Source: Bacillota bacterium (GTDB taxonomy: Bacteria; Bacillota; Clostridia; Clostridiales; Caloramatoraceae). From it: DNA of 64,000 bases. Shown in pieces: positions 29,734 to 39,687 of this stretch (position 1 is the stretch's first letter; each line of letters opens with the position of its first letter). Where the stretch lies: NCBI GenBank assembly GCA_023389275.1, contig JAEWEN010000064.1:4730-68729 (forward strand). Reading direction: 5' to 3'. The position numbers were made by a program, and so were the translations under genes. The notes below the pieces were generated by a model. The model had not been told where the DNA came from, did no database searches, and worked only from the letters and a program-made list of their open reading frames with translations.

Positions 29734-30036
29734 TTACTCTAAACACTCTCTAGCATTATCTGTTAAAATATAAAGAGATAATGCTCCACCATGTTCCATA
29801 TTTATAGTATCTAGTTTTCTTGAAAGAACCCCTTCTCTTTGAAGCTCAAGTCCTACCTCATCATCTTTGTTTCTGTCTTTTAAAGTTACATACTCTTTGT
29901 TCATTATATAGCCTATGTTAACTGTAGGAGATAAAACTAACTTATCATCCATATCATATATTTTAAAGCTAGTGTTCCCATTTTCATATTTGCCAAAAAC
30001 AATTTTGCATTTTTCACCTTTAAAATTAATTACCAT
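29734..30036 (-). CDS. hypothetical protein, DUF4313-like
   Basis: GKYENGNTSFKIY...PTVNIG pattern; GGGAG RBS. Confidence 0.55.
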   Translation of the reverse strand: MVINFKGEKCKIVFGKYENGNTSFKIYDMDDKLVLSPTVNIGYIMNKEYVTLKDRNKDDEVGLELQREGVLSRKLDTINMEHGGALSLYILTDNARECLE

Positions 30037-30167
30037 AGTTACATCAACTCCCTTTAATTTATATTATATAATATTTTTTAATTTATTTTAATTTTTACTA
30101 ATCTAAATTTTGTATATTTTATTTTAATGTGATATAATAACATTCAAAGACCATTTAAAAGATTACA

Positions 30168-30213
30168 AAAAGAAACCTCTGAAGTTTTATAAACTAAAGA
30201 GGTTTCTTTTATT
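30168..30213 (-). terminator. nrdAB terminator
   Basis: AAAAGAAACCTCT...AGAGGTTTCTTTT. Confidence 0.75.
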
Positions 30214-31248
30214 TTAAAGATCATCAACTAATGCTCCTGCTTTAGCATAAGCTGTAGATTTCGCCTCAAAAAAGTCTGTTTTTACAGAGTTTGCATTAGA
30301 TAAAGTATCTACCCATGATGCAGGGTTTTCATTATATCCATCATATATATTTCCAAACCCTAATGCAGAAAATCTCAGGTTTCCAAGATATTTAATGTAA
30401 TTTTCTATAAGATTTTCATTTATACCTTGAATTTTATTGCCTATAACATATTTTCCCCATTCAATTTCATTTTCAACGCCATTTATCATCATCTCTTTAA
30501 GAGTAGATATAACATCTTCTGTAAACATTTCTGGTTCTTCAACTATAAGTTCTTTTATTATATTTCTAAAAAGCCATAAATGTGTGTTTTCATCTCTATT
30601 TATATATCTTATTTCCTGTGCAGAGCCTGGCATTTTACCATTTCTCTCAAGATTATAGAAAAACATAAATCCTGAGTAAAAATATATTCCTTCTAATATG
30701 TAGTTTGCCATAAGAGTTTTTAAAAAGTTTTCTTTTGTAGGACTCTTTTGAAACTCATTATAAAGGTCTCCTATAAACTTATTTCTATCAAGTAATATTT
30801 TATCATCCTTCCACTGATAAAGTATTTCATTTCTTTTATCAGGTGAGCATATAGTATCTAACATATAGCTATAGCTTTGTGAATGTACAGCTTCTTGAAA
30901 AGCTTGTATTGTAAGACAAAGATTTACCTCTGATGCTGTAATATAATTATTTATATTAGAAAGATTTGCTGTTTGTATTGAATCTAAAAAAATTAAAAAT
31001 GATAGTATTTTATCATAAGCAACTCTTTCTTGCTCAGTAAGCTTAGTATAGTCTTTAAGATCTTGAGACAAATTTATCTCCTCTGGTATCCAAAAATTAT
31101 TCATTGCATTTCTGTACCAATCAGATACCCAAGTATATTTCATATTATTAAAATCATTAAGATTTGTAGTATTTCCATTTATCATTTTTCTTTTTAAAAG
31201 TTCAATATCTCCAAACTCATTAAAAAGTGGTCTTCTTACTATATCCAT
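30214..31248 (-). CDS. nrdB: class Ia ribonucleotide reductase beta subunit
   Basis: FWIPEEI, FLDSIQ, EAVHSQSY (radical Tyr), LEGIYFYSGF, RDENTH, DFFE..TAY. Confidence 0.95.
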   Translation of the reverse strand: MDIVRRPLFNEFGDIELLKRKMINGNTTNLNDFNNMKYTWVSDWYRNAMNNFWIPEEINLSQDLKDYTKLTEQERVAYDKILSFLIFLDSIQTANLSNINNYITASEVNLCLTIQAFQEAVHSQSYSYMLDTICSPDKRNEILYQWKDDKILLDRNKFIGDLYNEFQKSPTKENFLKTLMANYILEGIYFYSGFMFFYNLERNGKMPGSAQEIRYINRDENTHLWLFRNIIKELIVEEPEMFTEDVISTLKEMMINGVENEIEWGKYVIGNKIQGINENLIENYIKYLGNLRFSALGFGNIYDGYNENPASWVDTLSNANSVKTDFFEAKSTAYAKAGALVDDL

Positions 31249-31259
31249 AAATATCCTCC

Positions 31260-33482
31260 TTAAGAACTACAACTTTCACATTCTTCTACTTCAAGTGATT
31301 TTGAACGTACATAATATATACTTTTAACTCCACCTTTACATGCGTCTATATAAAGATTCATTATTTGTCTCATAGTATAGTCTGTAGTTATATATATATT
31401 AAAAGATTGCCCCTGGTCTATATGACGCTGTCTTATAGCATTAGCTTTTACACTTATTCTTTGATCTACATTATAAGCTGATATATAAAACCAATAATTT
31501 TCCATAGATAGCTCTGGAGCAATTTTAGGTACTATGCTTCCTTTTTTCTCTTCAAGCCAAAATTTTGCCATCACAGGGTCTATCCCCTCACTAGTTCCTG
31601 CAATAGTTGCAGTTGAACCATTTGGAGCAACAGCTAAAAGATATCCATTTCTTATACCATACTGTTTAACATCTTGTTTTAAACTATTCCATCTTTCAGA
31701 GTTGTAATCTCTAAGTTTAAAATAATTTCCTGTGTCGTAATCTGAGCCTTCAAATTCACTGTACTTACCTTTTTCCTTAGCTATGTTCATTGAAGCTTTA
31801 ATAGCAAAGTAATTTATATCTTCATAAACCTTATCACAAAACTCTAAGTGTTTTTCTGAAAGCCATCCTATTTTATTTTTTGCAAGCATATGATGGTATC
31901 CACTTGTTCCAAGTCCAACACCTCTATACTTTTGATTTGTAACCTTAGCATAAGGAACTGCATAGTAATTTAAATCTATTACATTATCCATAGCTCTTAT
32001 TTGAGTTTCAACTACATACTCTAATTCCTTCTCATTGTTTACATCTACATTTCCAAGTACAATTGAAGATAAATTACATACAACAAAATCTCCTGATTTT
32101 GTTTTTTCTATAATTATACTATCTCCATTTTCATCTACTATTTCTGATGTTGTAGTTTCCATAGAACTCATATTTTGCATTATTTCAGTACAAAGGTTTG
32201 ATGAATAAATCATTCCCTTATGTTTATTAGGATTCATTTCGTTTGCAGCATCTCTAAAAAATGCAAAAGGAGTACCTGTTTCTGAAGCACTTTTTATAAT
32301 AAGTCTTATAATATCTTTAATTTTCATAACCCTTTTTTCTATTTTAGGATCATTTACACATTCTATATATTTTTCCTCCCACTGCTTTCCATAAAAATCT
32401 TCTAATGAATATCCTTTAACCGTTTTTATTTCATGTGGGCACATCATATGCCAATTGCCATCTATATTATTTTCAGCAATTTCCCAAAATAGATTAGGAT
32501 AACATATTCCTGGAAAAACATCATGAGCTTTTTTCCTGTCATCACCATTGTTAGTTTTTAAAGCTAAAAACTCTGGTAAGTCTTTATGCCATGCATCAAG
32601 CCAAACTGAAACAGAACCATTTCTAACACCTAACTGATCTACTGCTACAGCTGTATCGTTATAAAGTTTAATCCAAGGTATTACTCCACCGGATGCCCCT
32701 TTAAATCCTCTTATAGAAGATCCAAGAGCTCTAACTTTTCCAAAGTAAACGCCCATACCTCCACCAAACTTTGACACACTTGCAAAATTATCAAGACTTT
32801 TATATATTCCTTTTAAACTATCATCTACAGTATCTATAAAACATGAGCTTAATTGATAAAATGGCTTTCTAGCATTACTCATAGTTGGTGTGGCCATTGT
32901 AGCTTTTAGTGTACTTAGGCAATTATAAATTCTTTTTGCCCAGTATATTCTATTTTCCTTTTTTTCAGGAATTGCAAGATGCATAGCTATTCCCATAAAC
33001 ATTTGTTGTGGAAGCTCTATAATGTTTCTATTATAATCTTGAATTAAATATCTTCTTGAAAGCAAATGTATACCACTATATGTAAATAAAAAATCTCGGC
33101 TACTATCTATTTCTTTTTCTAGTTCACCAATATCCTCTTTTGAATAGTTTTCTAATATATAATCTCCATAAAGCCCTTTATTAGTTAATTCCTTTATAAA
33201 ATCGTAAAAATTATCATAAGGGTTTTCACTATTTAACCCTCTATTTTCAATAACATTTTCATAAAGGTTTAACATATAAAGCTTTGAAGCACCTTTTTCC
33301 CACTTTGGCTCTCTTTCTGATGTTAACTCTAAAAGTGTTTGTATTACTGAATAAATAAGTTCAGATTTTGACATATTTTCTCTTATAACATTGTTTAAAG
33401 ATTTTTCAAGTTTTTCTACGTTATAAATCTCTTCATTAGAATTAATAGCTTCTAATGCTATTTTACATAAGTTTTTAAGCAT
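31260..33482 (-). CDS. nrdA: class Ia ribonucleotide reductase alpha subunit
   Basis: LSSCF, SNLCTEI, VCNLSS, APNGS, KSIYY, C-terminal CESC. Confidence 0.96.
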   Translation of the reverse strand: MLKNLCKIALEAINSNEEIYNVEKLEKSLNNVIRENMSKSELIYSVIQTLLELTSEREPKWEKGASKLYMLNLYENVIENRGLNSENPYDNFYDFIKELTNKGLYGDYILENYSKEDIGELEKEIDSSRDFLFTYSGIHLLSRRYLIQDYNRNIIELPQQMFMGIAMHLAIPEKKENRIYWAKRIYNCLSTLKATMATPTMSNARKPFYQLSSCFIDTVDDSLKGIYKSLDNFASVSKFGGGMGVYFGKVRALGSSIRGFKGASGGVIPWIKLYNDTAVAVDQLGVRNGSVSVWLDAWHKDLPEFLALKTNNGDDRKKAHDVFPGICYPNLFWEIAENNIDGNWHMMCPHEIKTVKGYSLEDFYGKQWEEKYIECVNDPKIEKRVMKIKDIIRLIIKSASETGTPFAFFRDAANEMNPNKHKGMIYSSNLCTEIMQNMSSMETTTSEIVDENGDSIIIEKTKSGDFVVCNLSSIVLGNVDVNNEKELEYVVETQIRAMDNVIDLNYYAVPYAKVTNQKYRGVGLGTSGYHHMLAKNKIGWLSEKHLEFCDKVYEDINYFAIKASMNIAKEKGKYSEFEGSDYDTGNYFKLRDYNSERWNSLKQDVKQYGIRNGYLLAVAPNGSTATIAGTSEGIDPVMAKFWLEEKKGSIVPKIAPELSMENYWFYISAYNVDQRISVKANAIRQRHIDQGQSFNIYITTDYTMRQIMNLYIDACKGGVKSIYYVRSKSLEVEECESCSS

Positions 33483-33497
33483 TTTTTTACCACCTAA

Positions 33498-33554
33498 CTA
33501 CAATATGTTGTATATATTTTTATATATAAACAATTTAAATACTATATATCGCTT
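33498..33554 (-). promoter_or_regulatory. tandem NrdR boxes
   Basis: CAATATGTTG 33501-33510 and CTATATATCG 33542-33551 match CwAtATaTwG; starts 41 bp apart. Confidence 0.75.
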
Positions 33555-33826
33555 TTCTAATTATAAAGATTAAATACTACTTTGTAAAACTCATTATTAA
33601 GTAAAATAAATTAATACATAAAAATTACTATTCTTTTCTACTGTTTAGTCTGCATTCCTTAAGTTTAAAACTTATTGATATTTTTGAATTAACTATATAA
33701 TTTTATAAATAATACTACAAATTTTGATACTTTTCTTAATAAATTTTAAAAAGTCCTTTTATTACTATGTTTTATATATTAAACTGTTATGGATAAGATA
33801 AAACTTTTTAAAGGAGAGATTAGATA

Positions 33827-34927
33827 TTGAATATTTTTAAAGAAATACAAAAGTACATAGGACTTATATGTGCACTGATTATTGCACTTATAGCATATAA
33901 AATAATTAATAACTTTTCTTATTTTAAAGATATATTTTCATCAATAATAAGTATAGTTTCACCTTTTATTTGTGCATTTGTTATTGCATATCTTTTAAAT
34001 CCTATTGTATGTTTTTTTAGTAAAAAACTTAAAATAAAAAATGGTCTAAGCATACTTTTAACCTACGCTATTATTTTATCATTAGTAGCAATATGTTCTA
34101 TATATTTTACTCCTAAAATTGTAGCAAGTATTACAGATCTATATAACGGTTTACCTGAGGCATTAAAAGAACTCGAAAAGTTTATAGTCTCTATTCAAGA
34201 TAACAAATACATAGAAAATAATATTTTTATAAATACAGTGTTATCTTCTGATATGACAAAAATAATGAATTCTATTCAAAATGCCATAGGCTATGTTTCT
34301 AATTATATTTTAAAACATACTATTTCAACTACCATACTTCTTGGAAAATGGATACTTGGATTTTTAATATCTATTTATGTTTTATTCTATAAAGATGAAG
34401 TAATAAGATTTTTTAAAAAGCTAACGTTTATAATTTTCAAAGAAAACTTTGGTAAAAAAATCATAAATTTTACAAGAACCCTTAATGAAATGCTTATGCT
34501 TTATATAGTAGTTAAAGGATTAACTTCTCTTTTAATTGGAGGAATTGCATTTGTTGGACTAACACTTATAGGTTCTCCTTATGCACTTTTAATATCAGTA
34601 TTTGTAGCAGTTACAAATATGATTCCATACTTTGGTCCATTTTTAGGTATGATATTTGGGTTTATAGTAAATATTATGTTTATGCCTTCAAAAGCAATAT
34701 TCACATTTATATTCTTATTCCTTCTTCAACAATTTGATGGTTGGTATCTATATCCTAAAACAGTAGGAGTTCGAGTTGGATTAAATCCACTAGTGGTTAT
34801 ATTCTCTGTAATTTTAGGTGGAGGATTATACGGACCTATTGGAATGGTACTTTCTGTTCCAATTGTAGCAAGCTTTATGGTGTACTTTAATAAGTACCTA
34901 GACAAGGCATCTGATTATTTAGATTAA
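33827..34927 (+). CDS. AI-2E family transporter
   Basis: IAYLLNP, IPYFGPFLG, QQFDGWYLYPK, GLNP, GPIGM. Confidence 0.9.
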   Translation: MNIFKEIQKYIGLICALIIALIAYKIINNFSYFKDIFSSIISIVSPFICAFVIAYLLNPIVCFFSKKLKIKNGLSILLTYAIILSLVAICSIYFTPKIVASITDLYNGLPEALKELEKFIVSIQDNKYIENNIFINTVLSSDMTKIMNSIQNAIGYVSNYILKHTISTTILLGKWILGFLISIYVLFYKDEVIRFFKKLTFIIFKENFGKKIINFTRTLNEMLMLYIVVKGLTSLLIGGIAFVGLTLIGSPYALLISVFVAVTNMIPYFGPFLGMIFGFIVNIMFMPSKAIFTFIFLFLLQQFDGWYLYPKTVGVRVGLNPLVVIFSVILGGGLYGPIGMVLSVPIVASFMVYFNKYLDKASDYLD

Positions 34928-34931
34928 ATTT

Positions 34932-34961
34932 AAAATAAACTCTAGAAATAGAGTTTATTTT
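34932..34961 (+). terminator. hairpin between the AI-2E paralogs
   Basis: AAAATAAACTCTA-GAAA-TAGAGTTTATTTT. Confidence 0.7.
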
Positions 34962-34990
34962 CATTTATACAAAAATTTAGGAGTGGTATT

Positions 34991-36046
34991 TTGAGTATTT
35001 TAAAAAATATAAAAAAATATACTGGGTTTATTATTTCTTGCTTAATTATAGCTTTAGGTATTAAAATAATATTTAATTTTTCCTATTTATTAAATATATT
35101 TAAGTCATTTTTCAGTATTATTTCACCATTTATATTTGCTTTTATAATAGCTTATATACTTGATCCTTTAGTTAAACTATTTAGCAAAAAACTTAAAAGA
35201 TGGGTTAGTATACTTTTAACCTATTCAATAGTTATATCTATTTTAATTTTAGGGTCTTTATATATATTTCCTAGTATAATGTCAAATATTTCTCAACTGT
35301 TAAATGACTTACCTTTGCTTTTTAGTAAGTTAGAATTAATAATTAAAAGTATATCTTTAAATTTACCTAATGACGTAGACGTAAATAAAGTATTTTCATA
35401 TATACAAAATACTTTAACATCTGTTTTAACTTATATACTTTCATCTACAATTTCAACTACCATATTTATTGGAAAACTATTAATTGGCTTTTTAATATCA
35501 ATATATGTAGTTATTTATAAGAAAAATATTATAGAGTTTTTTAGGCTATTAACTATATATATATTTAAAGAAAATATAAGCAAAAATATTTTTGATTTTG
35601 CTAAAACATTAAACTCTATGTTTATATCTTATATTTTAATTAAAGGAGCAACCTCAATTATTATAGGGATTATATCATTTATAGGTCTTACAATTATAGG
35701 TTCCCCATACTCTATTCTACTTTCTATAATAATTACAGTTTTAAATATGATTCCATACTTTGGACCATTTATAGGAATGGCAATATCTTTTATAGTAAAT
35801 TTATTTTTCATTCCTTCAAAAGCAATTATTGTTTTAATTTACTTATTCTTAGTTCAGCAATTTGATGCATGGATTTTAGACCCTAATACTGTTGGGCCTA
35901 AAGTAGGATTAAATCCTTTAGTTGCCTTATTTGCAGTAACACTTGGTGGTGGAATTGCAGGGCCTGTTGGTATGTTAGTATCAGTTCCTATTACAGCTAC
36001 ACTGTCTATATATATATCAAAAGCAATAAAATTTAATATAAAATAA
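34991..36046 (+). CDS. AI-2E family transporter (paralog)
   Basis: IAYILDP, IPYFGPFIG, QQFDAWILDP, GLNP. Confidence 0.9.
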   Translation: MSILKNIKKYTGFIISCLIIALGIKIIFNFSYLLNIFKSFFSIISPFIFAFIIAYILDPLVKLFSKKLKRWVSILLTYSIVISILILGSLYIFPSIMSNISQLLNDLPLLFSKLELIIKSISLNLPNDVDVNKVFSYIQNTLTSVLTYILSSTISTTIFIGKLLIGFLISIYVVIYKKNIIEFFRLLTIYIFKENISKNIFDFAKTLNSMFISYILIKGATSIIIGIISFIGLTIIGSPYSILLSIIITVLNMIPYFGPFIGMAISFIVNLFFIPSKAIIVLIYLFLVQQFDAWILDPNTVGPKVGLNPLVALFAVTLGGGIAGPVGMLVSVPITATLSIYISKAIKFNIK

Positions 36047-36050
36047 ATTT

Positions 36051-36084
36051 AAAGCTCTAGGTTAAAAATTACCTAGAGCTTTTT
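36051..36084 (+). terminator. intrinsic terminator
   Basis: AAAGCTCTAGGT..ACCTAGAGCTTTTT. Confidence 0.8.
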
Positions 36085-36095
36085 CATAAAATATC

Positions 36096-36157
36096 TTGAC
36101 TTGTAAATTTTATCCTGTTATAATCTCTATAATTCCCATAGTTAAACTAGGGATTAT
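36096..36157 (+). promoter_or_regulatory. near-consensus sigma-A promoter followed by an imperfect palindrome (CymR-like operator)
   Basis: TTGACT 36096-36101, 17 nt, TGn-TATAAT 36119-36124; ATAATTCCCATAGTTAAACTAGGGATTAT 36129-36157. Confidence 0.6.
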
Positions 36158-36173
36158 AAAGGAGGTGAAACTA

Positions 36174-36851
36174 TTGGGTTTTGATTGGAATTTTATACTA
36201 AACCAAATGCCACTATTTTATAAAGCTACTATACTAACTTTTCAAGTTGCTATTATATCTATATTTTTTTCTATTATAGTTTCTATAATAATTAACTTTA
36301 TTTTTATAACTAAAATAAAACTTCTTTGTTTTTTAGCAAAGTTATATGTAGAAATTGCAAGAAATACTCCTTTTTTAGTACAGCTATTTTTTCTATACTT
36401 TGGCCTTCCTGCAATTGGAATAAAGCTTAGTAGCTTTTCAGTAGCGATTATTGGACTTTCATTTTTAGGGGGAGCTTATATCGGTGAAAGTATTAGAGCA
36501 GGAATTGAAGCTGTTCCTAAAGCACAAATAGAATCTGCTAAATCTATTGGGCTTACAAAATGGCAAATGTTAAGATTTATTATACTTCCTCAAGCTATTA
36601 ATATTTCAATTCCATCACTTATAGCTAATGGAATATTTTTAATAAAGGAAACCTCTGTAGCATCAGCAATATCTCTTCCTGAACTTTTACACACAACAAC
36701 AGGACTTATTGCTATATACTACAAAACCTCTGAAATGTTATTTGTTTTAACTTTCTTTTATATTGCATTATTTGTTCCTATTTCTATTTTATTATCAATT
36801 CTAGAAAGGAGATTAAAATATGGACAATTCGGGACTTCAGTTAGTTATTAG
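36174..36851 (+). CDS. polar amino acid ABC transporter permease
   Basis: RNTPFLVQLF, EAA-like QIESAKSIG; start TTG 36174 after GGAGGTG. Confidence 0.9.
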   Translation: MGFDWNFILNQMPLFYKATILTFQVAIISIFFSIIVSIIINFIFITKIKLLCFLAKLYVEIARNTPFLVQLFFLYFGLPAIGIKLSSFSVAIIGLSFLGGAYIGESIRAGIEAVPKAQIESAKSIGLTKWQMLRFIILPQAINISIPSLIANGIFLIKETSVASAISLPELLHTTTGLIAIYYKTSEMLFVLTFFYIALFVPISILLSILERRLKYGQFGTSVSY

Positions 36852-37476
36852 TTCAATGCCTTTACTTTTAAAAGGACTTTTAACTACCTTTTATATAGGA
36901 TTTATATCTATGTTAATAGGAACAGTTTTTGGAATTATATTTGGAGTTATAAGAACATTAAATTCTAAAATAATCAAATGCATAAGCAGATTATTTGTAG
37001 AATTATTTAGATGTATACCTATTTTAGTTTGGTTGTTTATGTTCTTTTTCTCTTTTTCTATTTTATTTAACATAGACATAAAACCAAATATTACAGCAAT
37101 TATAGTTTTATCACTATGGTCAATTACAGAAATAGGTGAAGTTACACGTGGTGCTATAGAATCTATTTCTAAAGGCCAAATAGAATCTGCAAAATCAATT
37201 GGTTTAACATCTATACAAATTTATTTATATATACTTTTACCTCAAAGTATAAAAAGAATGATTCCATCAACTATAAATATATATACAAGAATAATAAAAA
37301 CTACTTCACTAGCTGTTTTAATAGGGGTAATAGATGTTGTAAAGGTAGCTCAGCAAATAACTGAAAGAACAGGGGAAGCATTTTTAATGTACTCAACTTT
37401 ATTTGTATTGTTTTTTATAGTTTGCTACCCACTATCTTATTTTTCAAAATTACTTGAAAAAAAATTACAAGTTTAA
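36820..37476 (+). CDS. polar amino acid ABC transporter permease
   Basis: [25 protein letters not shown]. Confidence 0.9.
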   Translation: MDNSGLQLVISSMPLLLKGLLTTFYIGFISMLIGTVFGIIFGVIRTLNSKIIKCISRLFVELFRCIPILVWLFMFFFSFSILFNIDIKPNITAIIVLSLWSITEIGEVTRGAIESISKGQIESAKSIGLTSIQIYLYILLPQSIKRMIPSTINIYTRIIKTTSLAVLIGVIDVVKVAQQITERTGEAFLMYSTLFVLFFIVCYPLSYFSKLLEKKLQV

Positions 37477-37492
37477 TATAAAGGAGGTTTAT

Positions 37493-38299
37493 ATGCTTGA
37501 TTTAGCTAATATTCAAAATGATTATTTAAACTACAACAAAGATATTAAAAATGAAAATGAACTTATATCTCTTAAAAATGTTTACAAAAGCTATGATGAT
37601 AATACAATACTTAAAAATATAAATATGTCAGTAGACAAAGGAGAAGTTATTGTTATTTTAGGTCCTTCAGGGTGTGGAAAAAGTACTTTATTAAGATGTA
37701 TAAACGGACTTGAAAAAATAAACTCTGGTAACATTACAATGGGTGAATATAGTTTAAATAAAAATAATTTTATTTATAAAAAAATAGGAATGGTTTTTCA
37801 AAGTTATGATTTATTTCCTCATATGAAAGTTATAGATAATATTCTTTTAGGTCCATTAAAAGTACAAAAAAGAAGTAAAGCTGAGGCACTAGAGCAAGCA
37901 CATTATTTATTAAAAAAAGTTGATCTTTTAGATAAGAAAGATTATTATCCAAGACAACTTTCTGGTGGTCAAAAACAAAGAATTGCTATTGTTAGATCTC
38001 TTTGTATGAATCCTGATTTAATGTTGTTTGATGAGGTTACAGCAGCTCTTGATCCTGAAATGGTAAAAGAAGTGTTAGAAGTTATTTTTTCTTTGAAAAA
38101 ACAAGGAATGACTATGATTATAGTAACTCATGAAATGAGCTTTGCAAAAGCTGCAGCAGATAAAATAATTTTTATGGACAAAGGTGAAATATGTGAAACT
38201 TCCACTCCAGAAGAGTTTTTCACAAATCCTAAAACACAAAGAGCTAAAAAATTTTTAAATCAAGTATTATATGTTCAAACATTGAAAGGAAGGGATTAA
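37493..38299 (+). CDS. amino acid ABC transporter ATP-binding protein
   Basis: [31 protein letters not shown] 37493 after AAGGAGG. Confidence 0.93.
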   Translation: MLDLANIQNDYLNYNKDIKNENELISLKNVYKSYDDNTILKNINMSVDKGEVIVILGPSGCGKSTLLRCINGLEKINSGNITMGEYSLNKNNFIYKKIGMVFQSYDLFPHMKVIDNILLGPLKVQKRSKAEALEQAHYLLKKVDLLDKKDYYPRQLSGGQKQRIAIVRSLCMNPDLMLFDEVTAALDPEMVKEVLEVIFSLKKQGMTMIIVTHEMSFAKAAADKIIFMDKGEICETSTPEEFFTNPKTQRAKKFLNQVLYVQTLKGRD

Positions 38300-38301
38300 T
38301 A

Positions 38302-39189
38302 ATGAAATTATTTAAAAAATCTATTTTAGCAATTTTAACACTTGCCTTGTCTTTAACAGTATTTGCATCATGTGCAAAAAAAGAAGACAAAGAAACTTCT
38401 GCTAAACCTGAGACTACTCAAAAATCATATATTGAAACTATTAAACAAAATGGAAAAATAAAAATAGGTATATTTACAGACAAGCCTCCTTTTGGGTTTA
38501 CTGATGAAAAAGGGAATCCAAAGGGATTTGAAATAGACCTTGCTAAAAGATTTGCTAAAGACCTTTTAGGTGATGAAAGCAAAGTAGAGCTTGTTCCTGT
38601 TGAACCTGCTAATAGAATTCCTTATCTTCAATCTAATAAGGTAGATCTTATTCTAGCTAATATGACTGTTACTGATGAAAGAAAAGAAGTTGTAGATTTT
38701 ACAAATCCATATCTTAAAGTTGCTATACAAATAGTTGCTAACAAAAATACAACTCTTAAATCTATTGATGACTTAAAAGGTAAAAAACTTGTTTTAACAA
38801 AAGGAACTACAGCTGATATTTTCTTTACTAAAAAAATTAGCGAAGGACTTAATGTAGAAACATTAAAATTTGATAATGTAACTGAATCTTTCCAAGCTCT
38901 TAAAGATGGACGTGGAGATGCTTATGTAAATGACAACCTACTTTTATTTGGATGGGCTGCTAAAAATCCTACATTTAAAGTTTTAAATACAAAGCTTGAA
39001 GAACCTTCTCCTATTGCTCCTGCTGTAAAAAAAGGTAATAAAGAGCTACTTGATTGGGTAAATAAAGAACTTGAAAGTTTATCTAAAGAAAAATATTTAG
39101 AAAAATTATATGACCTTCACCTTAAAGATGCTTTTAAAGGCAATGTTGAAAATCCTAATGATGTAATTGTTCAAAATAATAAACTATAA
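38302..39189 (+). CDS. amino acid (cysteine/glutamine-type) ABC substrate-binding lipoprotein
   Basis: Lipobox FASC; DKPPFG, ANRIPYLQSNKVD, ANMTVTDER. Confidence 0.88.
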   Translation: MKLFKKSILAILTLALSLTVFASCAKKEDKETSAKPETTQKSYIETIKQNGKIKIGIFTDKPPFGFTDEKGNPKGFEIDLAKRFAKDLLGDESKVELVPVEPANRIPYLQSNKVDLILANMTVTDERKEVVDFTNPYLKVAIQIVANKNTTLKSIDDLKGKKLVLTKGTTADIFFTKKISEGLNVETLKFDNVTESFQALKDGRGDAYVNDNLLLFGWAAKNPTFKVLNTKLEEPSPIAPAVKKGNKELLDWVNKELESLSKEKYLEKLYDLHLKDAFKGNVENPNDVIVQNNKL

Positions 39190-39212
39190 AAAGAGGCTAT
39201 GCCTCTTTTTTT
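39188..39212. terminator. bidirectional terminator
   Basis: AAAAAGAGGC-TAT-GCCTCTTTTTT. Confidence 0.8.
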
Positions 39213-39687
39213 AATTTCTAAGAGTTGCTATTATTTTATTTTTATCAAGAAGTATATTAAGTGCACTCTCAATACTTTTTACAACAATATCTGTATGTAA
39301 AAAAAGCTTACTACACATGCCTTCCTCTTCAATAACTCCAATAGATAAAATAGACTCTTTACACATTTTTATATCATTAAATCCGTTACCAACACATATG
39401 GTTGTAGTTTTTCCTACTTCTAAAAGTATATTTTTCTTAAACTCTCCTGCATTTTCCCTAGGAAATGTTTTTAAAATAATACCTATTTCTTTACATTCTT
39501 TTTCAGCAGTTTTATATGTATCAGCTGTTAAAACATAAACTTTATATAAAGTAGTTAATTTTTTCACACTTTCTTTTATAGATTCCTTTATTTTACCATT
39601 AATTGCTATTGTTCCGTTATAATCAAATATTATGTTTTCTATATGTATATTTTCTCTTCCAGGTATTTTAATTATCAAATTTATCAC
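39211..39687 (-). CDS. HAD-fold soluble P-type-ATPase-like phosphatase
   Basis: IFDYNGTIA, VLTADT, VGNGFND; start overlaps the pstB stop. Confidence 0.8.
   Translation of the reverse strand: MINLIIKIPGRENIHIENIIFDYNGTIAINGKIKESIKESVKKLTTLYKVYVLTADTYKTAEKECKEIGIILKTFPRENAGEFKKNILLEVGKTTTICVGNGFNDIKMCKESILSIGVIEEEGMCSKLFLHTDIVVKSIESALNILLDKNKIIATLRN

Noticed and set aside
33555..33826. ncRNA or small ORF in the AT-rich nrdA/AI-2E intergenic region
   Set aside because: Only a 5-codon ORF without a properly spaced SD and no stable structure seen; explained by divergent promoters.
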